Notes: generated by a model from the letters alone, not told the origin. 42,369 nucleotides of DNA from Rhizaria sp. SCN 62-66 (GCA_001724265.1 MEDY01000267.1:1-42369); one strand, 5' to 3'. Numbered from the stretch's first letter, positions 12,363-24,980 are shown. Translations and numbers: made by a program.

Positions 12363-15162
12363 TCACTGTGGCAGAGACGGGTACTCAGCGGCCAGCACGG
12401 CCCAGAGACAGAAGACGTTCTCGGGATACTTGTGGAGCTTCACGCGGAACGCAAAGCGCGCGTCAGGGTGTCGCACGCGCAACAAATCAACCACGGCCTG
12501 CTTTTTCAGCAAAGCCGCCACAATGCGGCGTGCGTCGGCAAACGTAAACTGGAACGGAATAGCAACAAACGTGCACTCAGGAGACGTCATGTTCTCAATT
12601 GCCTGTGAAGTATAAGAGATTAAGGTTGAGGTGTTCGAGTGAGCAACTTGAAAACATCCGTGGATGCTCTGCGAGTATAACAAAACATTTGGAATATTGC
12701 AATAGCACAATATATCAACAGATAAACGTCTCGCAAAACTTGACTTCGACGGGAGGAATGTTAGTCAAACAAAATGACAATAAAGAGCAATTCATAATAA
12801 CCGTTGCTTGATTCAAATCCTCGTGCAAAAGCGTACCTGCTTCGTGAGCTCCTGCCCCAGGTCTGCGCGGCCGCCCGAGCCCAACAGCGGCTCCATCTCG
12901 TAGGCCCACAGCAGCGGCTGCAGCACGCGGCCCAGCGCTGGGCAGAAGCGCGTCGTCAGCCCGTCGACGTGCGCCGCGCGGACCGCGCTCAGCATGTCCT
13001 TGACCTGCGCCTCCACGTGGTGTGCCTCCGTCGACGCGGAGATAGAGCTGAATAGACGGCGCAAATACGGTAGCGCACATAAAAACGAATCAAAGATGAA
13101 GATATAAGGAGACAACATGTGAAAATGAAAAAGTGAGCGAATGGGGACTTAAAGCAATGTTAAACACACAATCAAGAGCTTCAGTAATATAAAATAGTCA
13201 ACAAAACACATTGAGGGTAAAAATCAAAAAATACGTCTGTTTTTAATTACGCATATCCTTTGTTTGCGAGGGTATCTGAACATACCTCTTCTGCAAGTGA
13301 AGCGGAAGCACCGGTCCCGTGGCGTTGATCGCCTCCTTGGGGAATGCCAGCCAGCCGCCGTCGGCGCCGCACACCAACCCCGCGTCGCCCGGCGTCGCCG
13401 CCGCCGCCGCCGCACCGGCGCCGTCGTCACCCTGCTGCTGCTGTGCATTTAAGTTAGGCCGCGTTGCAAAGTCAAACGAGAGCTCGTGCGGCAGCTTGTT
13501 CGGGAACAAACACGCGTAGTACGCGTCGTGGCGGAACAGCGCCGACACTGCGGTGAAGGGCAGTGGCAGCGGGGAGCCGCGGCGGCAGGGGTACGTGCGG
13601 CCGGTGACGGCGTCCCAGAAGGTCGCCGCGCCGCCCCCCGGGGTGACAGTGACCACCCACGCGTAGCTACCGGGCACCCCCGCCCCCGCCTCCCTACTAT
13701 GCGCCGCGTCGCCGCCCGCGCCGCCGCCGTTGGCGGGCGCAAGCGTGGCGGTGCCCGTAGCAACGTACGCGTCGAGCCCGAAGCCCAGCAGCAGCGAGCA
13801 GAGCAGCAACGCGTGCTCCACCGCGGCCCCGGCCCCCGCGGCCAGCAGCGCCGGCACGGACCGCCAGCCGCGCGCGCGCTCGCCGGCGGGCCCGGCGCCC
13901 GGCTCGGCGAACGGCAGCAGCCGCACAAAGCGCGCGGCGTGCAGCGCCGTCTCGAGCCCGCCCGCGGCGGCCCCGGCACCCGCGTCTGCGGAGTAGGCGG
14001 GGCGCACGAAGGAGCACGCGAGCCGCAGCGTGCCGTGCTCGTCGCGCGCGTACAGCTGCGGCGCGGGCGCGCGCGGCGGCGGCGGCAGGCGGCGCTCGAG
14101 GCGCAGCCACCATGCGCGCGCGAAGACCTGTTGCTGCGTGTGGCGGTCCGCCTCGGCGCGCTGGTCGCTCGCGATGCGCCGCGCGACCACCGCCGGCGAC
14201 ACGAACACCGGCGGAACGGCAGCCGCTGGGTTCCCCCCGGCATTGTTGTTGCTGTTCTGTGCTGTGGCGTCGAGTGAGAGCGGCGCGAGGGCGAGGCGCA
14301 GCGGCACGAGCCCGAGGATGAGGTCAGAGGCGTCGGCGGTCAGAACGAGGTCATGGTCGAGGCGGCCGTGGACGAGTGCGGGCCGCCAGTCGCAGCGGGC
14401 CGAGGCCAGCAGAGTGGCCGGGCCGCCGTCGGGCGGGTGGCGCAGGAGCAAAAACTGTAGGGGCTCGGTCACGGCCAGGTAGGACTCGAGCTTGGAGCTG
14501 GACCCGCTGGACCCGCTATACCTGCTAGAACCACTAGAACCACTGCTACTGGCCGCGGTTGCGTCTTTGTGGGGCAGGGGCGTGTAGACCGCGCTCATGT
14601 CGGGCAGCGGAAACGTGGTCTGCGCTGCGAACGCGGGCTCGGCCGTGAAGACCACGCGCGGCGTCGCAAAGCGGCGCGAGAGGAAGCACACGACGAGCGA
14701 GAGCAGGGGAGGCGTGGCGGACGCGCACTCGCTGTCTAAGAGCGCGTCGGCAAACGAGCGACCGGGACCAATGGTGACGGTAAGGTAGAGGGACTTGGGG
14801 TCCATCAGCAGGGGGCGCGCGCTGGGGACAGGGAAACGGGCGCTGGGCAGCGGCTGCGGTTGAGGCTGAGGCTGCTGCTGCTGCTGCTGCTTTTGCTGTT
14901 GCAGCTGCGACGACTGCCTTGCGCTGGAGCTGGTTTGGGTCTGCTGTTGTTGCTGCATCAGTTGCTGGGGCTCAAGGGGAAATGATTCTGTCACGGGGCC
15001 GAGCGCGGAAGACGAAGAGAGGACTGCAGAGGCGGAGAGGTCCTGGAGGAAGTGGGAATTGTTCTGCTGCGTCTGCTGCTGTTGCTGCTGTTGATCCTGA
15101 TGCTGCTGATCGCCGTAGCCGCCGCCGACTGTTTGAGTGCGGGGGGAGTGAGGCGAGTACAT
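12363..15162 (-). CDS. CEP76: Centrosomal protein CEP76-like (C2 domain plus transglutaminase-like domain), about 775 aa, 3 exons
   Basis: Exons 15162-13286, 13047-12837 and 12602-12363. Motifs LACSFVRP, HAARFVRLLPF, EHALLLCSLLLGFGLDAYVATG, AWVVT...FWDAVTGRTY and the C-terminal FAFRVKLHKYPENVFCLWAVLA match CEP76. Gln-rich N-terminal extension. Stop TGA. Confidence 0.9.
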
Positions 15163-15674
15163 GTTAAAGACTTTTCAAACGACGCACTTCGAAAACAGAA
15201 CAGATGTAGAGCTCGAGCTGCGAAAGAATGGAGGAAAGGAAAAGACGAGGGTTGGGGACGAAGGCGTTGTGTTGTCATGATAGTAGAAAGGATAGATGAG
15301 TGAGTTGAGATAGTTGAAAATGTAATAACAAAGAAAACAGCGCATACTCTCTGTTGGTCTCACGTTATATCAGTAGCACGATGGATTTATACCGAAATTC
15401 AAATCCCCTTAATCGAGCCGTTAGCTCACTTTACTACGAGCAAAGTATTAGAACAACGGCTATGTCAATACAATGCACACTAAATCGTGATAACAGTGAT
15501 GTATAAAGATATTGGCCTGTATTTAATATGAATGGCCTTCTGATGATCCTGAATATTTACCTTATAAGTACGCTGAAAAACAAAACGAAGCCTAAAATCT
15601 GCCAACAACGGCGGTGCACTTCAAGTGAACATCAACGCTACTTGTTTGCTTGTTGTTCATTCATGATTGCTGCT

Positions 15675-16642
15675 TCACTTGCTCTTGGTGCTGCTCTTCT
15701 TAGCGCCATTCCCGGCGAGGCCGCTCTTGATCATCCGGCTCGCCGCGCCCTTGTCGACGATCGGCTGCCCTTTCTCCTTCTTGGAGCCCTTGGTATTGCC
15801 CTTCGTCTTCTTGCCACTGCTGCTCTTGGCCTCAGTCTCCCCGTCGTCGTCATCGTCGTAGTCGTCGGCAACAGCGTCAGCCTCGGCCTCCGCAATGTCG
15901 TCGTCAGTCATCTTAACCGCACCGCCCTTCGCAGACTTGCTGCCCTTGGTTGCGCCGGCAGCGGCGGTGGCGGTGGGCAGAGGCTCGGAGACCTCGAGCG
16001 GTGGCAAGCCCTTCTTCTTGCGCTCCGCATTGACGCGCGCGCGCTCGGCCGCTTCGGCGCGCTCGTCCACGGTCTTGGCGGCCGCGTTGACGCCGTCGAT
16101 GCTCTTGCGCACGCGGGCGATCTCGCCCATCACGGCGTGTTCGCTGGGGTTCGCGCCCTGAGTGCGCAGGTAGGCGAAGTACAGTGTCTCGAGCGCGTAT
16201 ACAGTGCCCGCGTGCAGCTTCGCCGAGTCGATGTCGGACGACAGCGCGGGCACCGAGGGGTAGTGCAGCGAGAGGGCGGGCGCGAGCGCGGCGGACAGCG
16301 ACTGGACAGCAGCTGTACGGCGCCGGCGGCAGAGGCGGTGTCGTGCGAAGGCAAAACGTATTTGAGACCAGTAGGTTGCAACATAGCAGGATCAAGGTTG
16401 TTGAACAATATAAACAAGTGATATAGTGTGAGCGGCAATAATTATGATGTAAGGGCAAAGTATTGTTCGTATAGAGAGCGGTTTTGCGAAACTATCATGG
16501 GTTGAATGAAGTCAAATTGCGCAAGGTAGCTGTTGGTGGCGGATGCGCATGGGAGCAGTGCGAGAGATGATGTGAAGAGATATCACGTACATGATATGTT
16601 GTCCAGCTTGGCCTCGGCGGAGGCAACCTCGTCGGCGCTCAT
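15675..16642 (-). CDS. C1D: C1D/Rrp47 (Sas10/Utp3/C1D family) nuclear exosome cofactor, about 229 aa, 2 exons
   Basis: Exon 1 16642-16591 (MSADEVASAEAKLDNIS, donor GTACGT) and exon 2 16312-15675. Core: DSAKLHAGTVYALETLYFAYLRTQGANPSEHAVMGEIARVRKSI. The later VDKGAASRMIKSGL and a Lys-rich tail are typical of Rrp47/C1D. Stop TGA. Confidence 0.85.
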
Positions 16643-17132
16643 AGCGGCAAAGCGAGGACGCTGCGGACGCGCGCGAGTGCAGGCAGTTGAGGGAAAGCGA
16701 AGCGGAGCGAATGAGGTGAGCGGAAGTGGTCACGGAGAGACGTGGCAGAGATACCAAATAGAGACTGTCCAGGTTATAATTAAACATAAGGTTAGAAATA
16801 CGCTGTTTCAACGCCAGGGTAAATTTTCATAATAACCACACGTTCAGAAGAACCCTTTCGTGATCCTCTTAGACAGGGGCCGTACGGCGTTCGCTGAGCT
16901 GCGACCGAGCGGCTGCCAAGCGGACACGGGAGGAGGAGATACGTCGGCCTGATTTCGTTGCCAACTCCTGCGCTGTGCGTCCGACCAGTAGCAAAACGCC
17001 CTTGGTTTCTGGAACACCTGTCACTTTTGTGTAAATTTCCTTTTTTACACTTCTAACACAGTCCGTCCTCGACTCCCCCCGTCAGCCTTTCCCGCTGCCC
17101 TTCGCGTTGTCAGTCGCCCGCTTGCTGAAGCC

Positions 17133-17987
17133 ATGAGCAGCGCGTTCCTCTCCACCCCGATGGGGTTCCACTCCTCGCTGGAGCTCCTCAACGGCTACCC
17201 CGCCGACGTCATCACCTCCATGACTTACGACATCGCGGCGGGCTCCCCCGCGGCCGCGCTCGGAGTCAAGTACGCCAAGCGCCTCGCCGCCGCCGCCGCC
17301 GCCGCCGCCTCCGCCTCGAGCAGCGCCGCCGACACGCCCGTGGTGACGCCCGCCCAGGTCGCCGGCGCGCTGCATGCGATCGCCTTTGTGCTCCGCAGCG
17401 CGAAGCATGACAAGCTGGCCTCGCCCGACGCGCTAATCCCCGCGTTGCTGCAGCACACGTCGCTCACGCCCAACACGGCGGGAGTGCTGGCCGCCGCCGT
17501 GCTCTCGCCCGCCACGCCCATCGCCGCCGCTAGCGCCGCTGCGGCAGGGTTCTCGCTCGGCCAGGTCGTCGGGTTTGACTGGAAGGTCGGCGTCGGGCTA
17601 GCTTCCTCCGAGTGCGCCAACCTCAAGGCGCCCTTCATCTCTGTTGTCTGGAAGATCGGTCCGTCAATCAACCACACCAAATCCTGGATATATGAATGCA
17701 ATCTGCTGCAGCAGCGATGATTTTATTAAAATCGAGTGAAATTATATTATTTATAGTCTGTGTCCTGCTTTTTGATGACTCTTCAATCATTTAGCTCACG
17801 TATATCCTCTTGTCTTCTCCTTATTATCTACTCGTATGTGTGCGCTCTTGGTCATGTATGCTGCTGCCTGTCCTGCTCAGCCGACGCCAGCGGCACTCGC
17901 AGCTACCCCATGGAGCTCTCGGTGGCGCAGTTCCAGGATCTCCTCGCCTCCTTCACCGACCTCGCTTCCCAACTCGACGCGGCTTAA
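17133..17987 (+). CDS. COMMD6: COMM-domain protein (COMMD6-like), about 210 aa, 2 exons
   Basis: Exons 17133-17658 and 17881-17987 (donor GTCCGT, acceptor CAG). COMM domain LGQVVGFDWKVGVGLASSECANLKAPFISVVWKIADASGTRSYPMELSVAQFQDLLASF. Stop TAA. The paralog assignment is less certain than the family. Confidence 0.8.
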
Positions 17988-18509
17988 TTTTGCTCTAGCA
18001 GCCTATGGCGCAGTTTGAACAAGAAAGTAAAGGATCGCCGCGCCGGCCTATATTGCTTTCTTTGCGATGTGGAGTGGAATAGAAAGGCTAGATTGTCACT
18101 GTATAACAAAAAAGAATCTGAATGCATGAATCACTAAATATCATCAAAGATAATATCATATCTCTTCACACTAACTATCATATTTGGAACAACACCCATC
18201 TGCATTCACATACCACAATAAATTGAGACTTTTTTCCTCATCTTGTTTACTGATTGTATTGCTTGTTCGAACGCATGTCACAGCCTATGCTAAATGTCGG
18301 TTGTAACAACGCATGACAAGTACGTATTACGAAAATACTCCATGCCGACAGAATACCACAAATGGCCCGATCAACTATAAAAGAAGGCATTCATACTCGT
18401 CGAATAATAATAAATTAATTTAGTTCCACACACTCAGTTAGTCTCTCTGTCTGCTCGCAGTCATACTGCAAACGCCTGGTCACTCACTCACCGAGCACCG
18501 GCCACTAAC

Positions 18510-19976
18510 TCACTCGCTGCTGTTGTTGAGGCTGTTGTTGAGGCTCAGCTTCTCGTCGATCCAGGCCGCGACGCGCTCATTCTCGGCGTCAGCGTACAGC
18601 GGCGGCAGGTGGCCCGTGCCCTCAACCGGCATCACGGTGACCTTGCGCCCACCTCGGCCCTGGCCCTTGGACTCGGCGGCTGCAGCCTCGGCGGCAGCGG
18701 CGGCCTCGTCGTCGGCCTCGACCTCGGCCACGAGCGCGGTCGGCAGCAGCGCCGAGTCCATGCCCCAGATCAGCAGCACCGCGGGCGCAGTCGCGCGCGC
18801 GCCGCGCCAGAGCGGCCAGAAGTCCGTCACGCCCCGCACGGCCTCCGGAACCTGTGACTCAGGGGTAACCTGTGAGGAGGTGGGGCCCAGGCCTGCGACA
18901 ATACCTGCGCGATCATAGTCGAACTCAAACCCCGCAGCAGCAGCAGCACCAGCACCAGCAGCACTCGCAGCCTCAGTCCCAGTCTTACAATCACCCGCAG
19001 TCTCATTGGCAGTGGCGGCGGCGGTGGCGGTGGCATTGAACACGCTCGCAGTCGTGGCGGCCGCGGCGGTGGCGGGATCCACCCCGTGGCGGCCCACGGT
19101 CAACCCAGCGGGCACCAGCGCCTGGCTGGTGATGAAGCGGAAGTAGCGCTCGTCCGCTGTGGGGCCAAACGCGGCCTTGTAGTTTTTCTGCACGCGCTCG
19201 TAGGCGTCGGCAAAGCTTGGGAAGGTTTCCTCGAGAACGACGTAGCTCTTGATGAACGCGACGGTGGAGGCCGGCAGCGAGGGGCCGACGTCGTTGCAGA
19301 CGAACGCGTCTAAGGGGGTGCTTAGTCCGTGGGACGCGAGGGATGAGAAGAGGTGGAAGCCGATGAGCCCGCCCATCGAGTTACCCACGTAGACGCGTTT
19401 CGGCTTCACATCACCACCCGCAGTCTTGGCGTCGCTGCGTTCGCTGCCATCGCTGTGGTCACTGCTCCCGTTGCCCATTGCGGCCGCGTCGCCAGCGCCG
19501 TAGCCGTGCAGGTGGTCCCGCGAGTACTGCTCGATGACTGCGGCGACGTCGCGCGTGTACTGGGCGTAGCTGTACTCAGCGGCGTCGGCGAGCCACGCGC
19601 TGCGGCCGCGGCCGATGACATCGAGCGCAACCACGCGCCAGCCGCGCGTGCGCACCAGGTATTCGGCGAAGAAAGTGAAGTTCGTCGAGTTGCCCGTCAG
19701 CCCGTGCACGCAGAAGGCCACGGCGGCGGGCGCGGGCAGGTGCGCGCCCCAGACGCGGTAGGCCACCTTGTGGGGCGCGCCCGTGCGCAGCGACGTGCTG
19801 CTATAGTAAGAGACCGGGGGGATCAGCGGCAGTGCGGTGCCGGGCGGGAAGGCGGCGGCCGCGGCCGCGGTCGCAATGGGGTCGGACGAGAGCACGACGG
19901 TGGCGGGGGTGCTCATGATGGGGGCTGTAGTCAAGTCAGTGACAGGGCGGACGTGCACGAGGGTATTGTTTGTCAT
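18510..19976 (-). CDS. Intronless alpha/beta-fold hydrolase (bacterial-type, Abhydrolase_1/6-like), 488 aa
   Basis: CVHGLTGN oxyanion motif, VALDVIGRGRSAWL, nucleophile elbow GNSMGG, NDVGP, LLIWGMDSALL and catalytic His in GTGHLP. Ala-rich insertions. Stop TGA. The start could be a downstream Met. Confidence 0.9.
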   Translation of the reverse strand: MTNNTLVHVRPVTDLTTAPIMSTPATVVLSSDPIATAAAAAAFPPGTALPLIPPVSYYSSTSLRTGAPHKVAYRVWGAHLPAPAAVAFCVHGLTGNSTNFTFFAEYLVRTRGWRVVALDVIGRGRSAWLADAAEYSYAQYTRDVAAVIEQYSRDHLHGYGAGDAAAMGNGSSDHSDGSERSDAKTAGGDVKPKRVYVGNSMGGLIGFHLFSSLASHGLSTPLDAFVCNDVGPSLPASTVAFIKSYVVLEETFPSFADAYERVQKNYKAAFGPTADERYFRFITSQALVPAGLTVGRHGVDPATAAAATTASVFNATATAAATANETAGDCKTGTEAASAAGAGAAAAAGFEFDYDRAGIVAGLGPTSSQVTPESQVPEAVRGVTDFWPLWRGARATAPAVLLIWGMDSALLPTALVAEVEADDEAAAAAEAAAAESKGQGRGGRKVTVMPVEGTGHLPPLYADAENERVAAWIDEKLSLNNSLNNSSE

Positions 19977-21267
19977 TCAGTTTTTGGAGAGTGGACGGAG
20001 GAGGGGTTTGGAGGAGTTTTTGTCAGGCAAGCGGACAATGGGAAGTATATTGGGGTATTAACGTGAGATTAGATATAAGAAAGTGACGTTTTCAAGAAAA
20101 TAAGACTTTTTGATTGTGGTTGAAGGGAAATGATGAGACCGGGGACAGAGTCGACGTCGAAGGGAGCGTCGCTAGGCGGTCCGGAGAGATACGAAGATCG
20201 TAACATGTCGTGGTTCCAAAATTAAAATAGTAATAAAGATAATGCTGCTTTAAAAATGTAGCTGCATGCAAAAACTCCACATTGACGATGAAAATAAAGA
20301 CATATGCTTAAAGCTCTGCAATGCACCAGTCGGCCCTTCACGACCGGAGGCGAGTTGTCGTTCGTGGCATGAACCCAAAATGCAAGGATATCTTGAGTCA
20401 AATAAAATCAAATAGCACCCAGAGTATGTGCCTGGTTTAGAAACGTCTCGTTAGCCCTGAATAATCTTGTTTATGTACTGTTCACAAAGAGTAAGTCAAT
20501 CTGACACAGGCTTAAAGTGAATCTGCCAGGTAACGACTTCATGCTCACTCTATCATAACATAGGCTAGATAGCTCGCAAGATCAACGTATTAACATATGC
20601 CACTGTGCTTAATAGAAACAAATAGTACTGCTATTCGTGATTCTACCGCTTAAACCTCATCAAATCTCGATTTAAACGGCGATATCCCGGCACTCGAACT
20701 AGTCATTATGTCTCCTTTCGAAGTCACACAAAAGCATCATCAACGCATACACACATGACATCAAGCTTATAAGACAGAATAGACTCGTGTTTCTGAGACT
20801 AAACATGGCGTCATATAAGCACATATGCATAACAAAGACATTGGAAGACAGGAAGACTGTACAAAGACTGACTGAGCGTATGGAGGGCGCGTGCATGTGA
20901 ACGAGTCCCAGCCACAGCAGTCAGGCCTCGAGCTAGGCACTGGAGGCAGTCCACGCGCATGCACAAAGCTCACAGGCGCAAATAATTCTCATAGAAAACA
21001 GATTAGTGCACAACAAAGCGAAAATATTGTCTTGATCTGCGCTAGAAAACATGTGTAATGTGTTGTGGAGGTATTCGTGCACTTTCGTCGGGCCTCCAGC
21101 AAGTTCTCAAAAATGCTGGGCTGGGCGGTCCGACCGAAAAATCGTCGACCCACGGTCGCTCACGGTCGGCGGTCAGTCGCCCCCTTACTCGACTCTGTTT
21201 GGCTTCAGCTCAGGTGGAGGCGATGACGAACTCTTCTTTGTCTTTTTCTCCTTGCACAGCGTCTAAT

Positions 21268-23010
21268 ATGGGTTGTGTTTCGAGGTACGTCAACACTCGC
21301 TATATTTCTATTTCCGGCTTCTATCTTGTGCTTGTTGTCGGATTCTGGGACGAGAATCTGTCGTCGCCAATTGTCGGGGTTGCTCCCCATCCCATCGATG
21401 GAAGGGTTTCTTTGGTGCATTATTGGGTGGCAATCCGGGCACGGCTGAGCTCCTGCATAGGTTTATTATATCATTTCACTCTGTTGCTACACTGTATGCG
21501 CGCAGTATCCTGCTCCTGCTCGACCGCGCCCCACGGCAATCGCCCGCCGATGCTGGAGGCGCCACACGCCTCCCCCACTGCCTCGTGACGCTTGACTGGC
21601 ATTTGGGCTACCCCGCTCCTCCCCTCCGCTCACCCCGCCTCGCCCTTTGTCTTCGCCCCTTTGTCCCCCACGCCCCGCGCCGTGCCGCACGCCCCCACAG
21701 TCAACAGCTGACGCCGGAACAGCGCCGCAAGCTCGAGGAAGAGCGCGCCCGCTCCAAGGCCGTCGAGGCCCGCATGAAGAAGGACCACGAGACGGACCGT
21801 CAGATCCACAAGCTCCTCCTGCTCGGCGCCGGTGGTACGTCAAACAGACACGAAACATTATGCAGCGCTACACAACCACTTTATCTCTCTATATCTGCAA
21901 TTACTCTCCCGCCGCTTGCCGCTTTTCCGCCGCTATATTCCCTCTCATTTCCTTGCCTCCTCTTCCCTTGTTGCTCTTTGCTTTACCGCCCCTGTCTGTC
22001 TATCGCGCCGCTCCTAACGCCACCTGCCCGCCTCACCTGTTATTCGACACAATGACGCCATGTAACTACCCCACGATGCAGAGTCCGGCAAGTCGACCCT
22101 GTTCAAGCAGATGATCACGATTTACGGCAAGGGTTTCCCCGAAGAGGAGCGCAAGAACTACACTTCGATCGTCTACAACAACATCATCTCGTCGATGAAG
22201 ACGCTTGCGCAGCAGGTCACCCGCTACGGCGTCGTGCACCCCGAGAACGCGGAAGTGCTCAACTACATCGTGCATCAGGTCAAGGACGACGTGATCGACG
22301 TCCCCACAGGCTCGGCCATCATGCAGCTCTGGAACGACCCCGCCATCCGCGCCGCCTACGACCATCGCGCCGACTTCCAGCTCAACGACTCGGCCGAGTA
22401 CTTTTTCAACCGCGTGCACTTCGTGATGCAGAGCGGGTACATCCCCGACGAGCAGGACGTGCTGCGCTCGCGCGTGCGCACCACGGGCATCGTCGACAAC
22501 ACCTTCGTCATCGACCGCAGCAAGTTTCAGATGTTCGACGTCGGCGGTCAACGTAACGAGCGCAAGAAGTGGATCCACTGCTTCGAGGGCGTCACGGCCG
22601 TCATCTTCGTCGCCGCCATCAGCGAGTACGACCAGAAGCTGTACGAGGACGAGAACACCAACCGTCTCGTCGAGGCGCTCAACCTGTTCGAGGAGATCTG
22701 CAACAGCGACTACTTCCAGAAGACCACCATGATCCTTTTCCTCAACAAGCGCGACATCTTCAACAACAAGATCATGAAGGTGAACCTGAGCAACTACTTC
22801 CCTGAGTATCCGGGTCCCGACCGCGACCCGATCACGGCGCAGGAGTGGATCCGCGAGCAGTTCGTCAACCGCAACGTGCTGCGCAACAAGATCATCTACC
22901 CGCACATCACTTGCGCAACCGACACCAACAACGTTGCCGCCGTGTTCAACGCCGTCAAGGAGACGATCATTCGCAACGCGCTCCAGGACGCCGGCCTCCT
23001 CATGTCCTAA
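21268..23010 (+). CDS. Heterotrimeric G-protein alpha subunit, about 359 aa, 3 exons
   Basis: Exons 21268-21284 (MGCVS, myristoylation/palmitoylation motif), 21701-21834 and 22082-23010, both donors GTACGT. G-boxes intact: KLLLLGAGESGKST, RVRTTG, DVGGQRNERKKWIHCF, FLNKRD, TCAT. Stop TAA. Confidence 0.97.
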
Positions 23011-23276
23011 GCGAAGCTCGCTGTCTAGCCCTACAGAAAGCTTCCGGAAAGCTGCTAAAACTATAAACCACTGCTCCGTAAGCCTTAGAAGCTTATATAG
23101 AGTCTTATAGTGTCTAAGCCTTACGGGTTAAGTAAGGTGTTAAGTACTTTCTCTCTCTTTTTCTCTCTGTGTGTCTTGTCTTCAATCTTAACAAAACAAC
23201 AACAGCATTTACAGCAACAGCAAACTGCAACAACAACAAAAGAGGGTCGGTCGGTCGGTGATGCGATGGCGTGTAT

Positions 23277-23292
23277 GTGTGTGTGTGTGTGT
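23277..23292. repeat. (GT)n microsatellite in the G-alpha 3' region
   Basis: A run of alternating G and T is visible at about 23277-23292. Confidence 0.7.
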
Positions 23293-24980
23293 CTAAGGGG
23301 TGCTTAGACGGTCTAAGTACGCCTGTCGACATGCGCTTGGGTCTCGACAGCGAAGGGTTCACTCAGTCGGTCACATATGTGACGTGGTGTGATGTGTTAG
23401 GTTATGGCTATGCATTGCTGCGTGTTGGCATGGGAGTCTCCGTGTGAGTACGAGGATATTTAAGTACTTCACGTCGCGACTTTACAACAGCATCGCAGCA
23501 GAAGCGGTAACAGCATTGCTTCGATCAGACAGCAAGTCAGGCGATCAATCACTGATAACGCTGTTGGGTGGGGTCACGACTCTTCGCTTGGGGACCACAA
23601 ACAAGCAAACAAACTAATCAAACAAGTAACAACGACGACAAAAACTTTTGACAACTTCAAACTACATCTATCAAACAAACAAACGTATTTATAGTTTTAA
23701 GTAAGTTTCCCTTCTTCCTTCTCTCAGCGGACTCCGGTTTCTATCTCTCGTTCACTCACTCAATCACGCTCACTCTCAACTTCGACTGCGACATCACAAT
23801 TCGACTCACCTCGGTATCAAACGTTCCAATCGTTATTCGTGACCTCTCTCAGAACTCAGAGCTCAACTGCGGTTGCGTTTGCCTCTCATGCTTGTTGTCT
23901 GGCGCACCCGCGCGCTCTTACTGTCCCTGCTGCTCGTTTGCGCAGAACGGTGGACGCCTGTGCGTGCTTGTGTGCCTTCTTGATTGCATTGGTGTTTGAT
24001 GTTGATGTTGTTGAAGCCAAAGGCAGCTTAGCGGAGTCACAGCGAGTAGTTAGAGTGGAGTATAGTTAGTCGTCGTTGCCATTGTGGATTCACTGCTTTT
24101 GTTTTCGTTCGTTTCAACATGTTTCTTCTTCTTCTTTTTTTTGTTCAATGTATTTTTTTATACGTAAATGCCTTCGCTTATCTTTTTCGTTTTCTGTTTT
24201 AAGTCCCTCCATAACCGCACGTTGAAAACGCTCTCCGAACGACCACACACACACAGGCTCAACCACAGCCGCAGTCTCAGTCTCAGTCTCCCGCGCGCTC
24301 GCGCGCACGCTCGCCCTTAACCGTCTCGCTTGCTGGCAGTCCTTCTCCCGTGCGCTCACGCCCTGCGTGAGTCGCACGCACGCATGTCAGTGAGGAGGCG
24401 AGCAGGGCGGTCATCGCTGTCGCTGATGTTGTCGCTGTTGCTGTTGCTGTGGAGTCTCGCGAGTCTTAAGGGGACCAGTAAGTATGACATCGTGGCTCGA
24501 GGGGTAGAGTTGGGCAAGCGTAGCACTAGCGTACGTCTTTGCGTCTTGTCTGTCAATTGTCAGTGTTCTCATGTGTGTCGCACGCGTCGGTCGCGGCAGA
24601 GCGCGCGCGGGGTCCCGTCGTGGGTGCGGGGCGCGCGCGCTTCTGCGTGAATGTATGTAGTAGGTATCAGCTCCTTTTTCGTTTTTTTGTCGTGTCTGTT
24701 TTTTCATTTTATGCGTTTTGCGTAACCTTTTTCGTTTTCTTTTTCATCGCCCAATTTGTTTTGGTTTACTATCAAGTAGTAATTATACAGATTTCACTAG
24801 TTTACAAAAGAAAATTCATCAACACGTCATGAATGAGCTTATCTGTATTCAATATGGCCATTAAGGCCATGCATCATCATCGATGTACACGTTTTAGATG
24901 AGCATTGGCCAAAGTATGATGTTGTTCTTAAATACTACTATTGGGCGATGAGTCGAGTGAGTGAAAGAGCTTGCTCACCT

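Noticed and set aside
12357-12365. Donor-like GTACGT immediately after the CEP76 TGA
   Set aside because: The protein already ends at the expected CEP76 C-terminus. A 3' UTR intron cannot be supported without transcripts.
23839-24832. Short ORFs between G-alpha and UXT, including possible extension through TAG
   Set aside because: No host-like codon bias, domains or splice structure; T-rich and microsatellite-like sequence typical of UTRs.
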